A DNA stretch of 62,770 nucleotides, the filler included, from Phoronis australis (taxonomy: Eukaryota; Animalia; Phoronida): assembly GCA_002633005.1 (NCBI GenBank). It is 12 parts of 12 records of this genome, joined end to end, with 100 filler letters (N's around TTAATTAATTAA, not from the genome) between each part and the next. Parts side by side here need not be neighbours in the genome. Positions count along the whole stretch, not along the records: positions 18,911 to 30,093 come from NMRA01001713.1; positions 30,194 to 42,612 come from NMRA01000604.1; 10 more parts are not named here. The stretch is one strand, 5' to 3'. Position 1 is the stretch's first letter. Every line of letters starts with the position of its first letter. The notes below the pieces were generated by a model. The model had not been told where the DNA came from and did not search any database. It saw nothing but the letters and a program-made list of their open reading frames with translations. Shown here in pieces: positions 23,371 through 36,436 of the stretch. The translations under genes were made by a program, and so were the position numbers.

Positions 23371-25379
23371 CATTTGGAGGGACATTAGATGTATATTTTG
23401 GAGGTAGCGATTTCAGTCAAATGACTACCACTTAACGAAATATCTCTTGATTTTGTTGGTAACTAAGATTATGAGTAACTGTTTTAACAAACTGTGTTTG
23501 CTGAATGAGATACCAGTGAGATACACTTACATACATTAAAAGGATGTGTTTCTTTAAAAAATCACTAATGTTTGTTTAACAAAACCACATAATATGTCTT
23601 AGAGTTTCGAAAAATATGTCCCTCCCGGTTCCCCAAAATACTCCCCAGTCGGCATAATCGGTTTCCTTTGACATTTTGCTATTGGCCTATTTTCGTACAC
23701 AGTCTGACCATTTTGTTGGGACAGGGTCAGTTTCATATTGCGATTCTTTTGAACAACCACAAGTTGGTTGAAAAGGTGGCGATTTGCCTGGTGTAAAGTG
23801 AACGTGCGATGTATCAAAGTGCAAAGCACGTAAATTACATACCGTATTCGCCCTAATAACCGTCCAGGGCGCTTAGAAAATTTTGTTTTGGAGGGGACGC
23901 TTATTGCAACCCAAGGCGGTTGAAAGTGAAACCCGGCCTCCGAAACGGGTGAAATCGGAAGCTAATACTCATCACATTTACGCTCTGTGACGTATCTGTA
24001 ACCTATGACAGACTTCCTACAAAATTTGGTGCATTGGTATCCAACTTTGCTGTTAAATTTCGATCCTTTTACAGATTTTTTTTGCTGAAATCCCAGGGCG
24101 AAAACTCGCCGACTGACTGCCACGCAATCATCGATATGGTGACTTGAAATGGTTGAATAAATCATGAATAAATATACAGTTTCGACGCAAGCAAATTACC
24201 TGAAATCCTCCTTTAGTTTTCCAAATAGCCTCCCTAAGATTTTTAAATTCCCGTGGAGTCGGGATTAACGGCAGGTTAAGTTCAAATCTGTACTACATCG
24301 TGCCATCTATGATCGGCAACACGAGAAAAATCTCCGGACGAACACTCACGTCACGTTTGTTTTGAAGTTCGTCTGCATGTGTGAGTGAGCGAGCGCGTGC
24401 GTGTCACCAGAGTTCATTTGCCAGAGTAAACGCAATCTAACGAGCTAGATGTGCACTGTATCTAAAGAAATTAGCACAAGCAGTAAGCCTAAAGCAGAAC
24501 GTGTTTCATTCAGCACTTGCCAGTCTCAAGTGCTAAAAACGTTCGACATTGTTTGTCTCGGTAAAACCCACTAGCCGTGTGGCTGGATGCGTACCTGACT
24601 ATCTGACAGTTACTTTTTGGCGTAAGGCTGTGTAAGCATTCACTGTCAATGGTCATTTTATCGAATTTTTGGCTTTAACACCAGTTATGATTAATCAAAC
24701 AACCCCTCTTAAAGATAACGCAAACTATATTTATGGTTATTAGATACTGCCGGAAATTAGTGCCAATATTCATTTATGCCGAAGCTGTGCTACCCTTTCA
24801 TGAATGGATTGTTCCCGACTTAACTGTCTTTGATGACAGTTACTTATATGTAGCGCGCGCTTCCTGGCCGCGTGCTTTTAACACTGGCCAAGGTTTTTGT
24901 TAAACAGTACACACCATGGATTTTTGAATTACCAGTGGCCACAGACTAAATGTATGACGTAAAATTTAGCCAAATCCATGATTATTTTGTGTCATTAGCT
25001 CGAAATTTTGATTTCTCTTTCAATTTTACCAATTTTCACATTTCCCGCCATGTGACATCATGGGTTGAACACAAGAGATCAGCGACTAGCATTGAACAAC
25101 GGCGGAGAGTAGAGAATTTGAAAGCGACAACGATTATGAGCAAGAAACGAACAAATACTATGAAGAAACGTACGATAATGGTGGCCAGGATGACGAAATG
25201 GGGTTGCACGAAAGCGAGAACGAGTTTGATATGTTTTCAGCTGCGTACTTTTCTACTTTGAGGCCTTACGAACTGGATCCTCCCGCGAGAGAAGCGGCCT
25301 CGGGCTCGGCCAGTCAACCCAGTCATCCAACAGACGATCCTGAATAAAGAGCCGATGTTTCTGAATAGTAAATATTGTC

Positions 25380-25935
25380 NNNNNNNNNNNNNNNNNNNNN
25401 NNNNNNNNNNNNNNNNNNNNNNNNNNNNNNNNNNNNNNNNNNNNNNNNNNNNNNNNNNNNNNNNNNNNNNNNNNNNNNNNNNNNNNNNNNNNNNNNNNNN
25501 NNNNNNNNNNNNNNNNNNNNNNNNNNNNNNNNNNNNNNNNNNNNNNNNNNNNNNNNNNNNNNNNNNNNNNNNNNNNNNNNNNNNNNNNNNNNNNNNNNNN
25601 NNNNNNNNNNNNNNNNNNNNNNNNNNNNNNNNNNNNNNNNNNNNNNNNNNNNNNNNNNNNNNNNNNNNNNNNNNNNNNNNNNNNNNNNNNNNNNNNNNNN
25701 NNNNNNNNNNNNNNNNNNNNNNNNNNNNNNNNNNNNNNNNNNNNNNNNNNNNNNNNNNNNNNNNNNNNNNNNNNNNNNNNNNNNNNNNNNNNNNNNNNNN
25801 NNNNNNNNNNNNNNNNNNNNNNNNNNNNNNNNNNNNNNNNNNNNNNNNNNNNNNNNNNNNNNNNNNNNNNNNNNNNNNNNNNNNNNNNNNNNNNNNNNNN
25901 NNNNNNNNNNNNNNNNNNNNNNNNNNNNNNNNNNN
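25380..25935. other. Assembly gap (N run)
   Basis: Run of N without the linker motif. Confidence 0.98.
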
Positions 25936-26834
25936 GTGCGCCGGCCGCAAACAATGACAATGAACAGCTCGTCGTATTTTATAGTAGTATACAAGGCTAT
26001 GTGTACCACTGGAGATCAACAAAAACGGGAACAACTGATAGTCTGTTTGTTATCCGGCTACTTTTGGAGTGCTAAACAAAGTACTAACTGGTATTTTAAA
26101 ACTGTCAAATTTGGTGCGAACCATGACCTTAAATTGCGGTGGGCCTTTCGGTCTGCCTGCTATCGCCAGAGCAGACGCTAATGCTCACCTATCGGTTAAC
26201 AAATGAACTAAGTTACTCTCAATACAGTTGATCCAGATTACCCGTTTTCAATTTTTTTCTTAGTGTTAATATATTTGAATGTGAACTGAAAGAAAATTAA
26301 TTATGCATGCTCATCGGCTTTGTTAAAAAGCTTATTAATATTCATTTTAGGATTTTAAAAACGTTCAAATACTCTCAGGGTAAGATGGCGGCCCCGCTAA
26401 CATTTCTCCACGGAAAAGAAAGACGATATTTCAAGAAATACTTTTTGTGATGATGTGAGCTTTGTACGTATTTTACAGCGGTTCACTGCGTAAGTTTTGT
26501 AGATTGTGTTTGCCTGCGATTTTTACGTGCACACTTTTTCCAGAAGATTGTGTTGCAGCAGTTGCTGAGTACAAAATTTGTGAATTAAAAGTCTCCAAAC
26601 TCAGTCCCGCTCAAACCGCAAACTCCAGGTCTGGAGTGTTCTGGAATGGCACGGCCAGAAAACTGCAGACAATTAGCCACCTCAGGGATAGCTTTTGAGT
26701 ACTACTGGACGATTGCATTGCCTAGGTAACACACTGGTGGTCCTCTGCTAGGCGCAATCACTAGCCAGCGAGCTAACTGATAACTCAGTAACTCAGTAAC
26801 TGAATGAAGACTATCGTCAAAATACAGCTTGGTG

Positions 26835-27865
26835 CCACTGTGTTGCGCTCTGTTAGAACCTGAAATTTCACACAGCCCAGGTAGTTCTGCTCATCACCTG
26901 ACCGTAAAACTTATATCAACATGTAGAGCTTATTCAAGATTGGCAGGGATGCTTGCAAAATCTGGGAGTCAACCAACACTCACCTTGCCCGTTGCAACCG
27001 TTTAAGTGCATGCTATGAACATTCCCACTAAATAAGATTGGTCCTAACCCCAATGGTCAAGGTAAACGGTGGGGTATGGGAAATTGAACTAGACCGTATT
27101 TATCCACCTTGGCTGAGTCGCGCTCGGCTCACGATCAAAGGGATGCCGCCAAGGTGCTCTATTCATGGAGTCAGGAGTGAGGATAATTGGCTTCGCTCAT
27201 GCGGATATGATCAGCTGATTACAATCTACTTAGCAGACTGTAATTTTTATGGAGAGAGTTTTAAATAGTTCTTACTGTAATATTTGAAAAGAGGAGCGAA
27301 AACAAATATGAGTACAACTTTGAATTTTTCAAATCGGCCCAGGATAAGAGATTTTGCAACACAGCAACACTCACGATTACTTTCAACCGGCGCGCACGAA
27401 TACAAAAAGATAGGAACCAAGTTATTTAGATTTTGGAACACATGCATTGCAGTATTCAAAATACGTTTATTATGAATCTTACAAGCTGTAAAACGATGTT
27501 GTTTAATTTCATTGTGCTCTTTCATTGTCATCCGTCAAATCGGCAATTTCCGAGATGTGATCTGCGGGGTGCGCGTATGTGTACAAAACACGTGATTGTT
27601 ATGTTCCTGAAGTACGAAAATTAAGAAACTTTAGCATGCCGTTATTATTGACTATAGTCTTGATACAGTGAGCTGGCTGACCACTGCGTCAGTGTCTCCG
27701 TTAGACTCAGAAATTTCACACAGCCCGGGTAGTTCACTTCGTCCCCAACATGTAGATCGAGCCTTGGACTATTAATACTCCACGGTAGAGCTGACGACCG
27801 TCGGCCTGTGCACACAAAATCTGTGAGTTAACCAGCACTCACCTTGCACGTTGTAGCTGTTTAAA
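26835..27865 (+). repeat. Two direct copies (26835-27005, 27680-27865) of a dispersed repeat also at ~614-1150 and, inverted, 60225-60290
   Basis: Shared gaaatttcacacagccc.ggtagttc and aaaatctg.gagt.aacca.cactcaccttgc.cgttg.a.c.gttta. Confidence 0.7.
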
Positions 27866-29907
27866 TGAAAAAACAATCTAGTAAACGCCATTTTCCTGCA
27901 TAATCTTCCGCCTTTTGTAACAAAAAAGTCTATCGTCGATGACCCACACACGCACGCTCCGGCACTCACTCTCATACGCAGACGAACTTCAAAACAAACG
28001 TCACGTGACAACAACATGTGTGTTCATCCAGAGATTTTTCTCGAGTTGTGGGGTACGATGTAGCGCAGATTTAGACTTAATTCCAATTAATCTGGACTCC
28101 ACATGAACTTTAAAAATTGTAAAACATAAGGAAGATTTCAGGTAATTAGTTGAGTCGAAACTATATATTTATTCAAGAGTTCAAGTTTTCCTGTTGACGA
28201 TAGCGATTCAGCGACGCATCAGTCGGCAAGTTTTCGCCCTGTGATGAGCACAATTTTTTGAAAAATTATCGTAATTTAACAACAGAAGTTTAGAGAAATG
28301 CACCACACTTTTGTAGAAAGACTGTCATAGGCTAAAAATAAGTCACAGAGCGTAAATTTGATGAATCCTAGCTTCTGATTTTACCCGTTTGGGAAACCGA
28401 GTTTCAACTGCCGTAGGCTACAATAAGAATCCCCTCCCCGTGAATTTGAAATGAATTTTTCTAAGCGTTTATTAGAGCCAATACAGTATACAGCTTTCCA
28501 CCAAGGCTAGGTGATGTACAACATTATTCTTTGTTGCATTAGTAACTGGTCTAGGCTAATTATCATTTTATGGCCTGGTCATCCATTCAGCCAAAAGTAG
28601 TTCCAGAGGTGGCTTATCAGCCAATTATTCACGCATGCTGACTCACAATAGAAGCCTGATAAGAGTGAAGGTGGATAAATGCCATGTTCCTACAGTTTCT
28701 TCTGCTAGTGGATGTGTTCACGACATGGAAAAACAATCTAATTGTAATAAATGTCATTTTCTTGCATCATTCTCCGTCTTTTGTAAAATGTCTCTCACCA
28801 TCTTAAAAACAGCCCGTTCGTGACACGAACACGAAATTCATGAACAAACAACACTGCCGTGTGTGTAATACATTAAAATGTGAAACTGCGCAATCTTGCT
28901 TCATATAAATGCAAAAAATTGAAAGCTGTGATTGACGAAGTGCAATGTAGAGATTCTTGAAAATCGCAGATTTTGTGGCTGCTTATTTGTACATCAAAGT
29001 ATAGTCCTGGGTTGGCTGTTTGTTGTCGTGGACAAGCATCAACATTATAAATGACGTGAGATTCTAAAATCATTGTTTAAACTAACAGCAACATGTACAG
29101 TACATGAACCTTTTAGAAGTAGTAAAAATCTTCCAGTTCGAGACACTCTCTAAAATTTGGGATAATCCATTGAAATTTAAGCCAAAACTGAATTTTTGGA
29201 TTCTGAAGATTGGGACATGGGTAATTTTGGCGTCATATTTCTCAAATATGTATTGAAACATAAAGATAGATACTGCTGTCTGTTGGGTGTTGAAATAAAC
29301 TAATTGTCCCTTGTCGTTTCATTTTTATCTAAAACTCTCTTGCGTCACTTTTGTAGAATCAACAAATACTTATTGTATGAAGATCATCATTGTTTGTTGA
29401 GAGATTTTCAATTTCTGTCCATATGGATTAGCACCATGAGTAACACGGGGTTTTGTCTTTCTTATGTGAACATAATTACCAAACTTCGTGTCCTAGCATT
29501 GATTACTAATGTAGCATCTTTTAATTTGGTATATTTGACTAGTTCGGGGCTTGACGCTTAGCGCGTAACATCAACTCACCAAATGTGACCTTGCAAAATT
29601 TCCAGGTCTCAAAATGGGAAGTAAGCTCGCTTAAACAAAGCCTCCCCAAATTCAGTGGTGCGGAAGTCGTCGGCTTCATAAACAACCTATAGCTGCCTGC
29701 ATTCAAAAAAATGTAGCAAATGGAAGTATGCCAACACGCAAGGTGCAAATGTCTACTGCAAAATGCAAAAATGCCCGAGCGGTGTATTTTTATTTAGTTG
29801 AGTCATAAATAAAGATATATTAGGTGTTTTTTCACAGTGTGTGTTGTACCAACTCTTTCAGGTTAATGCAATTGTGCATCTACAGACACATTCCAGAAAC
29901 TGTGATA

Positions 29908-30093
29908 ATGTCGCTCAAACCGTTGTTAAAATCCAAAGTTGATGAACTGTTCCTGCGCTGGCTCAGTGAGTCGGAGACCCAGCATGCTCTCAAGGAGAAT
30001 TTGCGGCAGATCCTGCGCGGTGAGCCCATCACTATGGCCCATGCCACGGGTAATGGCAGCAAGCACCGCCCCAGCTCCCCCAAGGTACGCCCT
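29908..30093 (+). CDS. PPP2R3B: PP2A regulatory subunit B'' (PR70/PR72 family), first coding exon, truncated by scaffold end
   Basis: MSLKPLLKSKVDELFLRWLSESETQHALKENLRQI matches the PR70 N-terminus LQPVLKMKVDELFLYWLSEASTQ; GC-rich codon usage. Symbol is family-level (A/B paralogues not resolved). Confidence 0.85.
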
Positions 30094-30504
30094 NNNNNNN
30101 NNNNNNNNNNNNNNNNNNNNNNNNNNNNNNNNNNNNNTTAATTAATTAANNNNNNNNNNNNNNNNNNNNNNNNNNNNNNNNNNNNNNNNNNNNAAAAGTT
30201 GGTGACCACGCATTCCTGGGTACTACTTAGAAAACTGGGTACTTTTGGTAATTGTGATCTGTACTACGGGAGAAATTATTTAGTCAAAGTAACTAATTTT
30301 TATGGTTCAAAATTGTGTGATTGTTCGTCTTCTTGTCACTGTTGTCGAGGAAATGACGTGTTATTGTTTTTTAGCACGGACTATGTATGTCCCAAAGAAC
30401 AATGTCCCAGTGGCAAGATCGTGTACGGCACTTATGATTATACGGAAGTAAGTAGTTGTTACTCTTTTGTAAGATACAACACATCCACTGATTGCCGTGC
30501 GTGA

Positions 30505-30546
30505 ATCATCTGGTGCAAGATCATCTGGTGCAAGATCATCTGGTGC
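30505..30546. repeat. 15-bp tandem repeat (atcatctggtgcaag), ~3 copies
   Basis: Seen directly. Confidence 0.85.
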
Positions 30547-33333
30547 ACTGTACGGACACAGTGAATAAAACGGAGTGGATTAGTTACCGTTATCAATACT
30601 TGTTTACGGGTTTCTTTTCTATTCTGCCAATGCTGAAAAACGGTGTGAAATGGTAATTGCGGTAGATAGAATTAGTGACCTTTATCGTTAATCGTTGGAA
30701 AAACTAAACCTTCGGAGTGAAAGCTGCAGAAAGGTATACTCAAAAACACTGTAGTTACCATCAGTTGTGTACTGAGAATATTGACAACACGTTCCAATAT
30801 TCAGACAAAATAAGAAATAAACGTCGGTCATCACTCTGCATGTATGCAACTGAAAGACCGCTCAATTTCTAACCAGGTTGCACTTGCATGAACATGTCTT
30901 CTAGAAGTAGATACCATGCCTGCGTTCTTTGCATGCAAAATATGGCAAATTCAAAAATACATTTCGACCTGTATTTCAAGAGAAGCCTCTCAGTTTTGCA
31001 TTCTGCTTCGTGGCAGTGGCATCCTGCGCTTAGTTACGGCACACCTGCTGTGTAATGAACAGCCGATTACTGGTGTGGTACAGACAGGGCAAGGCATGTT
31101 TTAGCTTTTTGTGCAGGTGAATTCCCGTTGTTAAATTCGTTTACAGTTGGTCCGTGCGTAATTCGTATCTCTTTCCCAAAAGGATTCGACAGTGTGCCGG
31201 GCGGCGTGGCATGATGGTCGTATCTTACCCTGGAGTGACAATGACGCAGACAGAACGGTCAGATGGACAACCTGCACTTCTCCTCCTGCGTATGTCCAAT
31301 CATTTCGCTACGGAGCTGGCCGGACTTGGGGGTAAAAAAATGCAGTTAAAAGTACCTTTTAAGAGTTTTCAAGTGCTCTTTTCCTTCGTTAGACACACGG
31401 CAGCGTACGTGTTTTGTGTAAGCTCGTACTCTGGTTTGAGATCCTTGTAAAGAGTCATACTCCAGGGTTTTTCCTGAATTCTCAAACGATGAACGGGAAG
31501 CAATACTAAGTGTATTTCTTTCAAATAATATTAAGGGAATTAGTGTACCTCTGCACTTCCAGATGTGATGTGATCAACTGGTTTGAAGTACAATTTAAGG
31601 CGTTTTTAGCAAATTGAGAAGTGAAGAAGGTACTATGAAATCACACATGTTATACTTTGTCAAGACTAGACCATAGAAAGACCTGTGTTATTTCACGTTT
31701 CAGACACAAATTTAGTGTTCTAATATTTATGTAATTGCCATTTGCAGGTATCTTAAAACGTATGGATGTAAGAGATTTGTGTCTAGTCGGAAAGTTGGTG
31801 AGTTCAATTAAACTTATCTGTGTATTTTTACTAAATGCGTTTGATGTTAATGTTCAGTTCTGAAATTTAATTTTCAACATTAAGTTCACGTAAGTCGTGT
31901 TTAAAACGTTTTTGTAATCATTATATCTTTATTTTACAAAAACGACACTTCTTAAATACTTTTGCTCCATCAACTTGTGCGGTAGAATGCATCTCAATGT
32001 CTCAGTTTAGGCGTGACAGTTAATTTCAGAATCACTGTACCGTCTCAGCACGCTTTCTTCACCGGGTTCTGGAACCGTCCGCTTGTTCGGAGGAAGTAAT
32101 GTTGACCTGACTCATGACGTCATATCAGCCACAGTGTATGACAATGCAATTTCATCATCACCTCCAACGGAAGTGCACTTCAGCAATACCGAGGGCTATA
32201 AAGAGTATCGAACACACGGGGCTGTAAATATCTTCACGACTGCTGGAAACAAGAGCAATTTATATTCCGGAATTGTGAATATTAATTACGGTAACGCCTT
32301 ATGTTAATAAAACATATATTTCGAGTAACCACTCATCTATTTTTAGAATACGATTCCATACGGTAGCTCAGAGTTCAATCCGGCCTAGAATACGTGTATT
32401 TGAATGTTGGTTAGGGGCATCTGTTGGATAACATACATGTAGACCTACATATTGCAGGCATTAAATTGAAGGCCTATGAGGACAGCGGTCTCAAATTGTG
32501 TCACTCATCTTTTTATTTGGACGTGCACGTTTAATCAGGAGATTCGAATTGATACTGAGTGTAAGTTGACGCTCCCAATTCCGTATAAACACTGGGAGCA
32601 CATGAAGATATACCCATTCTGGTTTGATGCATTTCAGTGGAACATGATATTGTATTGGAAACGTGTTTCGTCACAAACGATTTAAAGTTTACTGCCATTC
32701 AGTTTTCCGAATATTAGCCCTTGAGCTGTTGACAGTAGTTGCAGGTAACTGAAAAGGTACACGTATAACTTCCACATTTTCAAAGTAGCACCTTCTCATT
32801 CAAGCAGCACAGTATGATGTGCTACCAGTAACTAGTCTAACTGGTTTGGTGTACCGCATGTAAACAACTAGCAAAACATGGTTGTGCAATTTGGAGTCTC
32901 CTTTAAGTTGTTTGCAGCGTATAGAGAATGCCTCATGTATCAAGTAGGAAAACGTCTTAGTTATTGAGATTGATGAAAAAAAATTTACAATTTGAAAATT
33001 TTAGTAAAGTCATCCATCCGTGTTTCGGAAGCCGTTTTCCTAAGTTCGCATTAAGTTGATTTGCAAAAGCCGTGAAAACAAAACAAACGGTACGAGTCGA
33101 CGTAATCTCAAGTTTTCAGAATCTTATTATTGATTAATATAACCTCTGCATGTGATACGATAGCTATTTCAATATCAAATTAAGTCAAATGGCGGACCCA
33201 ACAGTAAATGGGTCATACAAACCACGTGCCGGTGACTTACGTCAAGAAACTACGAAATGGAAAATAGAAACCGGTCATACTGTGAGCACAGCAACTTATT
33301 GAATATAATCTACTAATTTGGCGAGGATGTATC

Positions 33334-33905
33334 TGTAAGTGCCGACGCACTCTTGTGTTTGTAGTCTGACTATATTCGCCATCTGTTGGTGGTTTATGTG
33401 TTTGCTCTCCAGCTTCTACCGCGTATATTTTCCACGTGACTAATTCTTCAATAGAATTTTGCATATGTATAACTGCTCGGCACACCATGGTTTATAGCTG
33501 TAACGCGCGCCAGCTTAGCTCATTCGTGCTTCAACGTCCTTACATGTATCTTGAGTTTTGAGTTTAGTCGTGATCTATGCCGCAAATTGGTGTAAGTATT
33601 TTGTACTTAGTTTTGTTACAGTACATGTATATAGCCAGTACTTCAACGTAATTGTAACGCGTACTCTGTAACTTTAATTAGCGTTGCCTCAAGTAGTTTG
33701 ACGTTGTCCGAATAAGAATATATGCAATGTTTAACGTTAGTACTGTAACTTTGTAAACGACCAACGTATTGTTCAATTGTCTCATAGAACGTTTTTTTGT
33801 ATGTTACAGTTGAACCGAGTAACTATAAGAAAGAAACGAATAAAGTTTGTCAACGCAACTTATGCTCGAGTTCTCCATGTGGCTCTAACGTTTTTCGCGA
33901 CCACA
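33334..33905 (+). mobile_element. 5' LTR of a BEL/Pao retrotransposon
   Basis: TGT...ACA ends, AATAAA near the 3' end, near-identical to 39793-40357, immediately followed by gag. Confidence 0.9.
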
Positions 33906-33920
33906 TTGTTGTTCAAACCA

Positions 33921-35141
33921 ATGGCTAAGATGTCAACGCCCACCGCCATTAGCCATGAAGCTGGTGTCAAGCCTAAGCTAACGGCAACGCAGTATGCCAT
34001 GGGGTACACCGACGTCGAATCCATACCGAACATACCTGGCGACGTCGACTCAATTATTCCGAACATGCCTGACGAGGAGTGGAACGACTCGAAAAGCGTG
34101 AAGTCGTCATTCTCTGCATATTCGTCTGTATCTCTGTGTCATCTAAAACTATGTTAAAACTTTCGAACGCTAAAGCCAAGAAAGCTGAGCTTGAGGCACG
34201 CCTAGCCGCTGCAAAAACTGAGCACAAATTGAAGATGAGCATCAAACAATTAGAGCTGGAGTTGGAGGAACGGAAAATTGCTACAGATTTACAAGTTGCT
34301 TCAGCCTATGAGAAGGGTTTATCTGAAAGTTTATCAGACAGTGTTGTGTCAACCGACTCGGTTTTGCTCGTAGCACCGACAGAGTCTGCTGGTAACCATG
34401 CAGGTACGTGTGAGCAGTCTATTGTCTCATCGCAGTCTCTTGTTCCAAGTGCGCCTTCTTATGTAACAGTTCATAGTTCAAGCCAAGTAGTTCCAAGTGC
34501 GAACTCTGACGTAATTGTTCCTTGTTCAAGTGTTAGTGTTGCCATGACGTCGCAACTTCAGTCCTCTATGCTGTATGCCATGCCGCCCTTATCACCCGGT
34601 GCCTGTGCTGGTGCTACGTCACACCCGTCTGTGCCTTTGTTTAAAGACCAGTCATCAACGCCACCATGCGTCAGCAGTGGATCTCTGCCGATTGTAGCCA
34701 CAGGTATACTAGTCAACACCACCAACGCTTTTCACAGTCAGCATCCGCTTAATCCAAGCGCTCAGGTATTTACACCTTCTTATAATCAAGACGCTGTGCT
34801 GGACGCATTTCGTCATTTGACCAATTCCATTAGTTTACCTAATACTGAAGTCCCAAGATTTGAAGGTGATGTATTGGAATACAAAGCTTGGACTTTGGCT
34901 TTTGAAGCAAGGATTGCATCACGCATCACAAGCAATTCTGACAAGCTGTATTATTTAGAACAGCATCTTATCGGTCAGCCTAAACGTTGATTGGTGGCTG
35001 CCTGTACATGCATCCAGACTGTAGTTATCAAGCTGCTCGAGATTTGTTAGACAAAGAATATGGTTATCCAGTTAAAGTATCCAATGCTTATGTTGACAGG
35101 GTGCTAAGATGGCCGTTAATTCGACAAGACGACATTTCCAG
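33921..35141 (+). pseudogene. gag: BEL/Pao gag (DUF1759-type), two frameshifts, cut at a single-N join
   Basis: LPNTEVPRFEGDVLEYKAWTLAFEARI...DKLYYLEQHLIGQPK/LIGGCLYM...AARDLLDKEYG...WPLIRQDD, preceded by a coiled-coil; frameshifts near 34130 and 34985. Confidence 0.85.
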
Positions 35142-36136
35142 NTTTTGCCACTCCTGTTGGCAGGCATTGACACTAAACTACTCTTAATTGAGTAAAAAAT
35201 ATGTGTTAGTTCAGGCAAATTTGGTGAAATTCAAAATACCAGGTAAATTGTATCCTAACACAAACATTTTTTCCTATGAAAATTTTTGCAGAAAAAATAC
35301 AGGACTAATTGCGCCGAGTTTCACATGGCAATGGCACTAATATTTGAACCGCAGACGTGTGGCACTACACCCTAAAAATGCAACTACCCCTACCCTGAAG
35401 AATTAAATACTTACCTGAGGCAATAACCAAAATAGCAAAATACCTATTGAGGTGTTAGAATATCCTTATACCTCACTATATGGGCAAATCCCTCCCTGGA
35501 GTCATCTTAACTTCAAATTTATTTAGTCGCAAAAGCATCGCCGCGCGAGGTACACCATGTTTTGATTTTTGCTCAGTGGGAACCCTGATCATGTAGTTAC
35601 AACAGTGACCAGCAAACCATGGACTGGCTTCACAAAAATGCCTAACTTAACCATTCTTTCGCTTTTTTCAAAACAGAGATTGTCACCACAGACACCTTTA
35701 ACCAGGTGCTGGTCATGGCATTATTGTAAATGCTGGGCTATTTTGCACATGCGTGACTGACCTGTGGAATTTGAGGCATATTGCCTACATCAGATGCTTC
35801 CATTTGTCTTTCATGGTGGTGTCTTCACTAAACAAACATTAAGTTCAGCACCGATGCCTGCAATACTGATTTGAAGTGTATTTTTAATTGTCCTGCTTTA
35901 ATTTCAATCGGTAAAAACTTGTCTGCTCGTAGGCCATATTGGATCACTCTTGTATACCTTATAACAAGTATGCCAGCGAGTGGCTGATGAGACTGGCTGT
36001 GCTTGCACCAAAACGTACGAATGATTGTAAATCCCTGTGTAGACTGTAAAAAACGAAGTAGTGTCTTCTCAACCAATCTTATCCCGGTGTAAAGTTCAGT
36101 GAGAATGCTGTTCACGTCTGCTTCCCTGTATTTCAG

Positions 36137-36436
36137 CGCCGTCCCCTTCGAAGACCGAACAGGTGCTGGGTACAAAATGCATCAACTACCACCCACAAGA
36201 AGACGTGTCCCGCTTCTTCTGGCCACTTTATAAAGGCCGTTGTGAGAAGGTTGACTCGTTCCAAGACCCCAAGATCCAAGAGAAAGGCATACATGCAGAC
36301 ATGGTGGTGTTTGCATTCCAGTTCCCTTTGCCTAAGGAAGGTCACCAGTTGGATATGTCCCGATGGTTTCAGAACATCATTGGAGTCATTACACTAGACA
36401 TCGCCTACAACAAGGAAAGAGAGTACGATATGATAG
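36137..36436 (+). CDS. wls: Wntless (Wls/Evi/GPR177), probable exon 2, luminal domain
   Basis: (A)PSPSKTEQVLGTKC...FFWP...C.KV...VVFAFQFPLP...MSRWFQNIIGVITLDIAY aligns with WLS 'APGPTT..KC..WFVPW..C.KI..IVFSVHIPLP..MSPWFQ..LQLDIAF'; acceptor tttcag|, donor |gtagt, phase 1-1. Confidence 0.92.

Larger units (their letters stand above)
23842..28486. mobile_element. Region bounded by ~550-bp diverged inverted repeats with TA-flanked Tc2/pogo-like ends
   Basis: 23842-24408 aligns to the reverse complement of 27941-28486; ends TA|ccgtattcgccctaataa and ttattagagccaatacag|TA. Confidence 0.65.

Noticed and set aside
27350-27400. Minus-strand SCAPVESNRECCC as a KolX Cys motif
   Set aside because: Isolated short match on the opposite strand to the 25060 fragment; plausible by chance.
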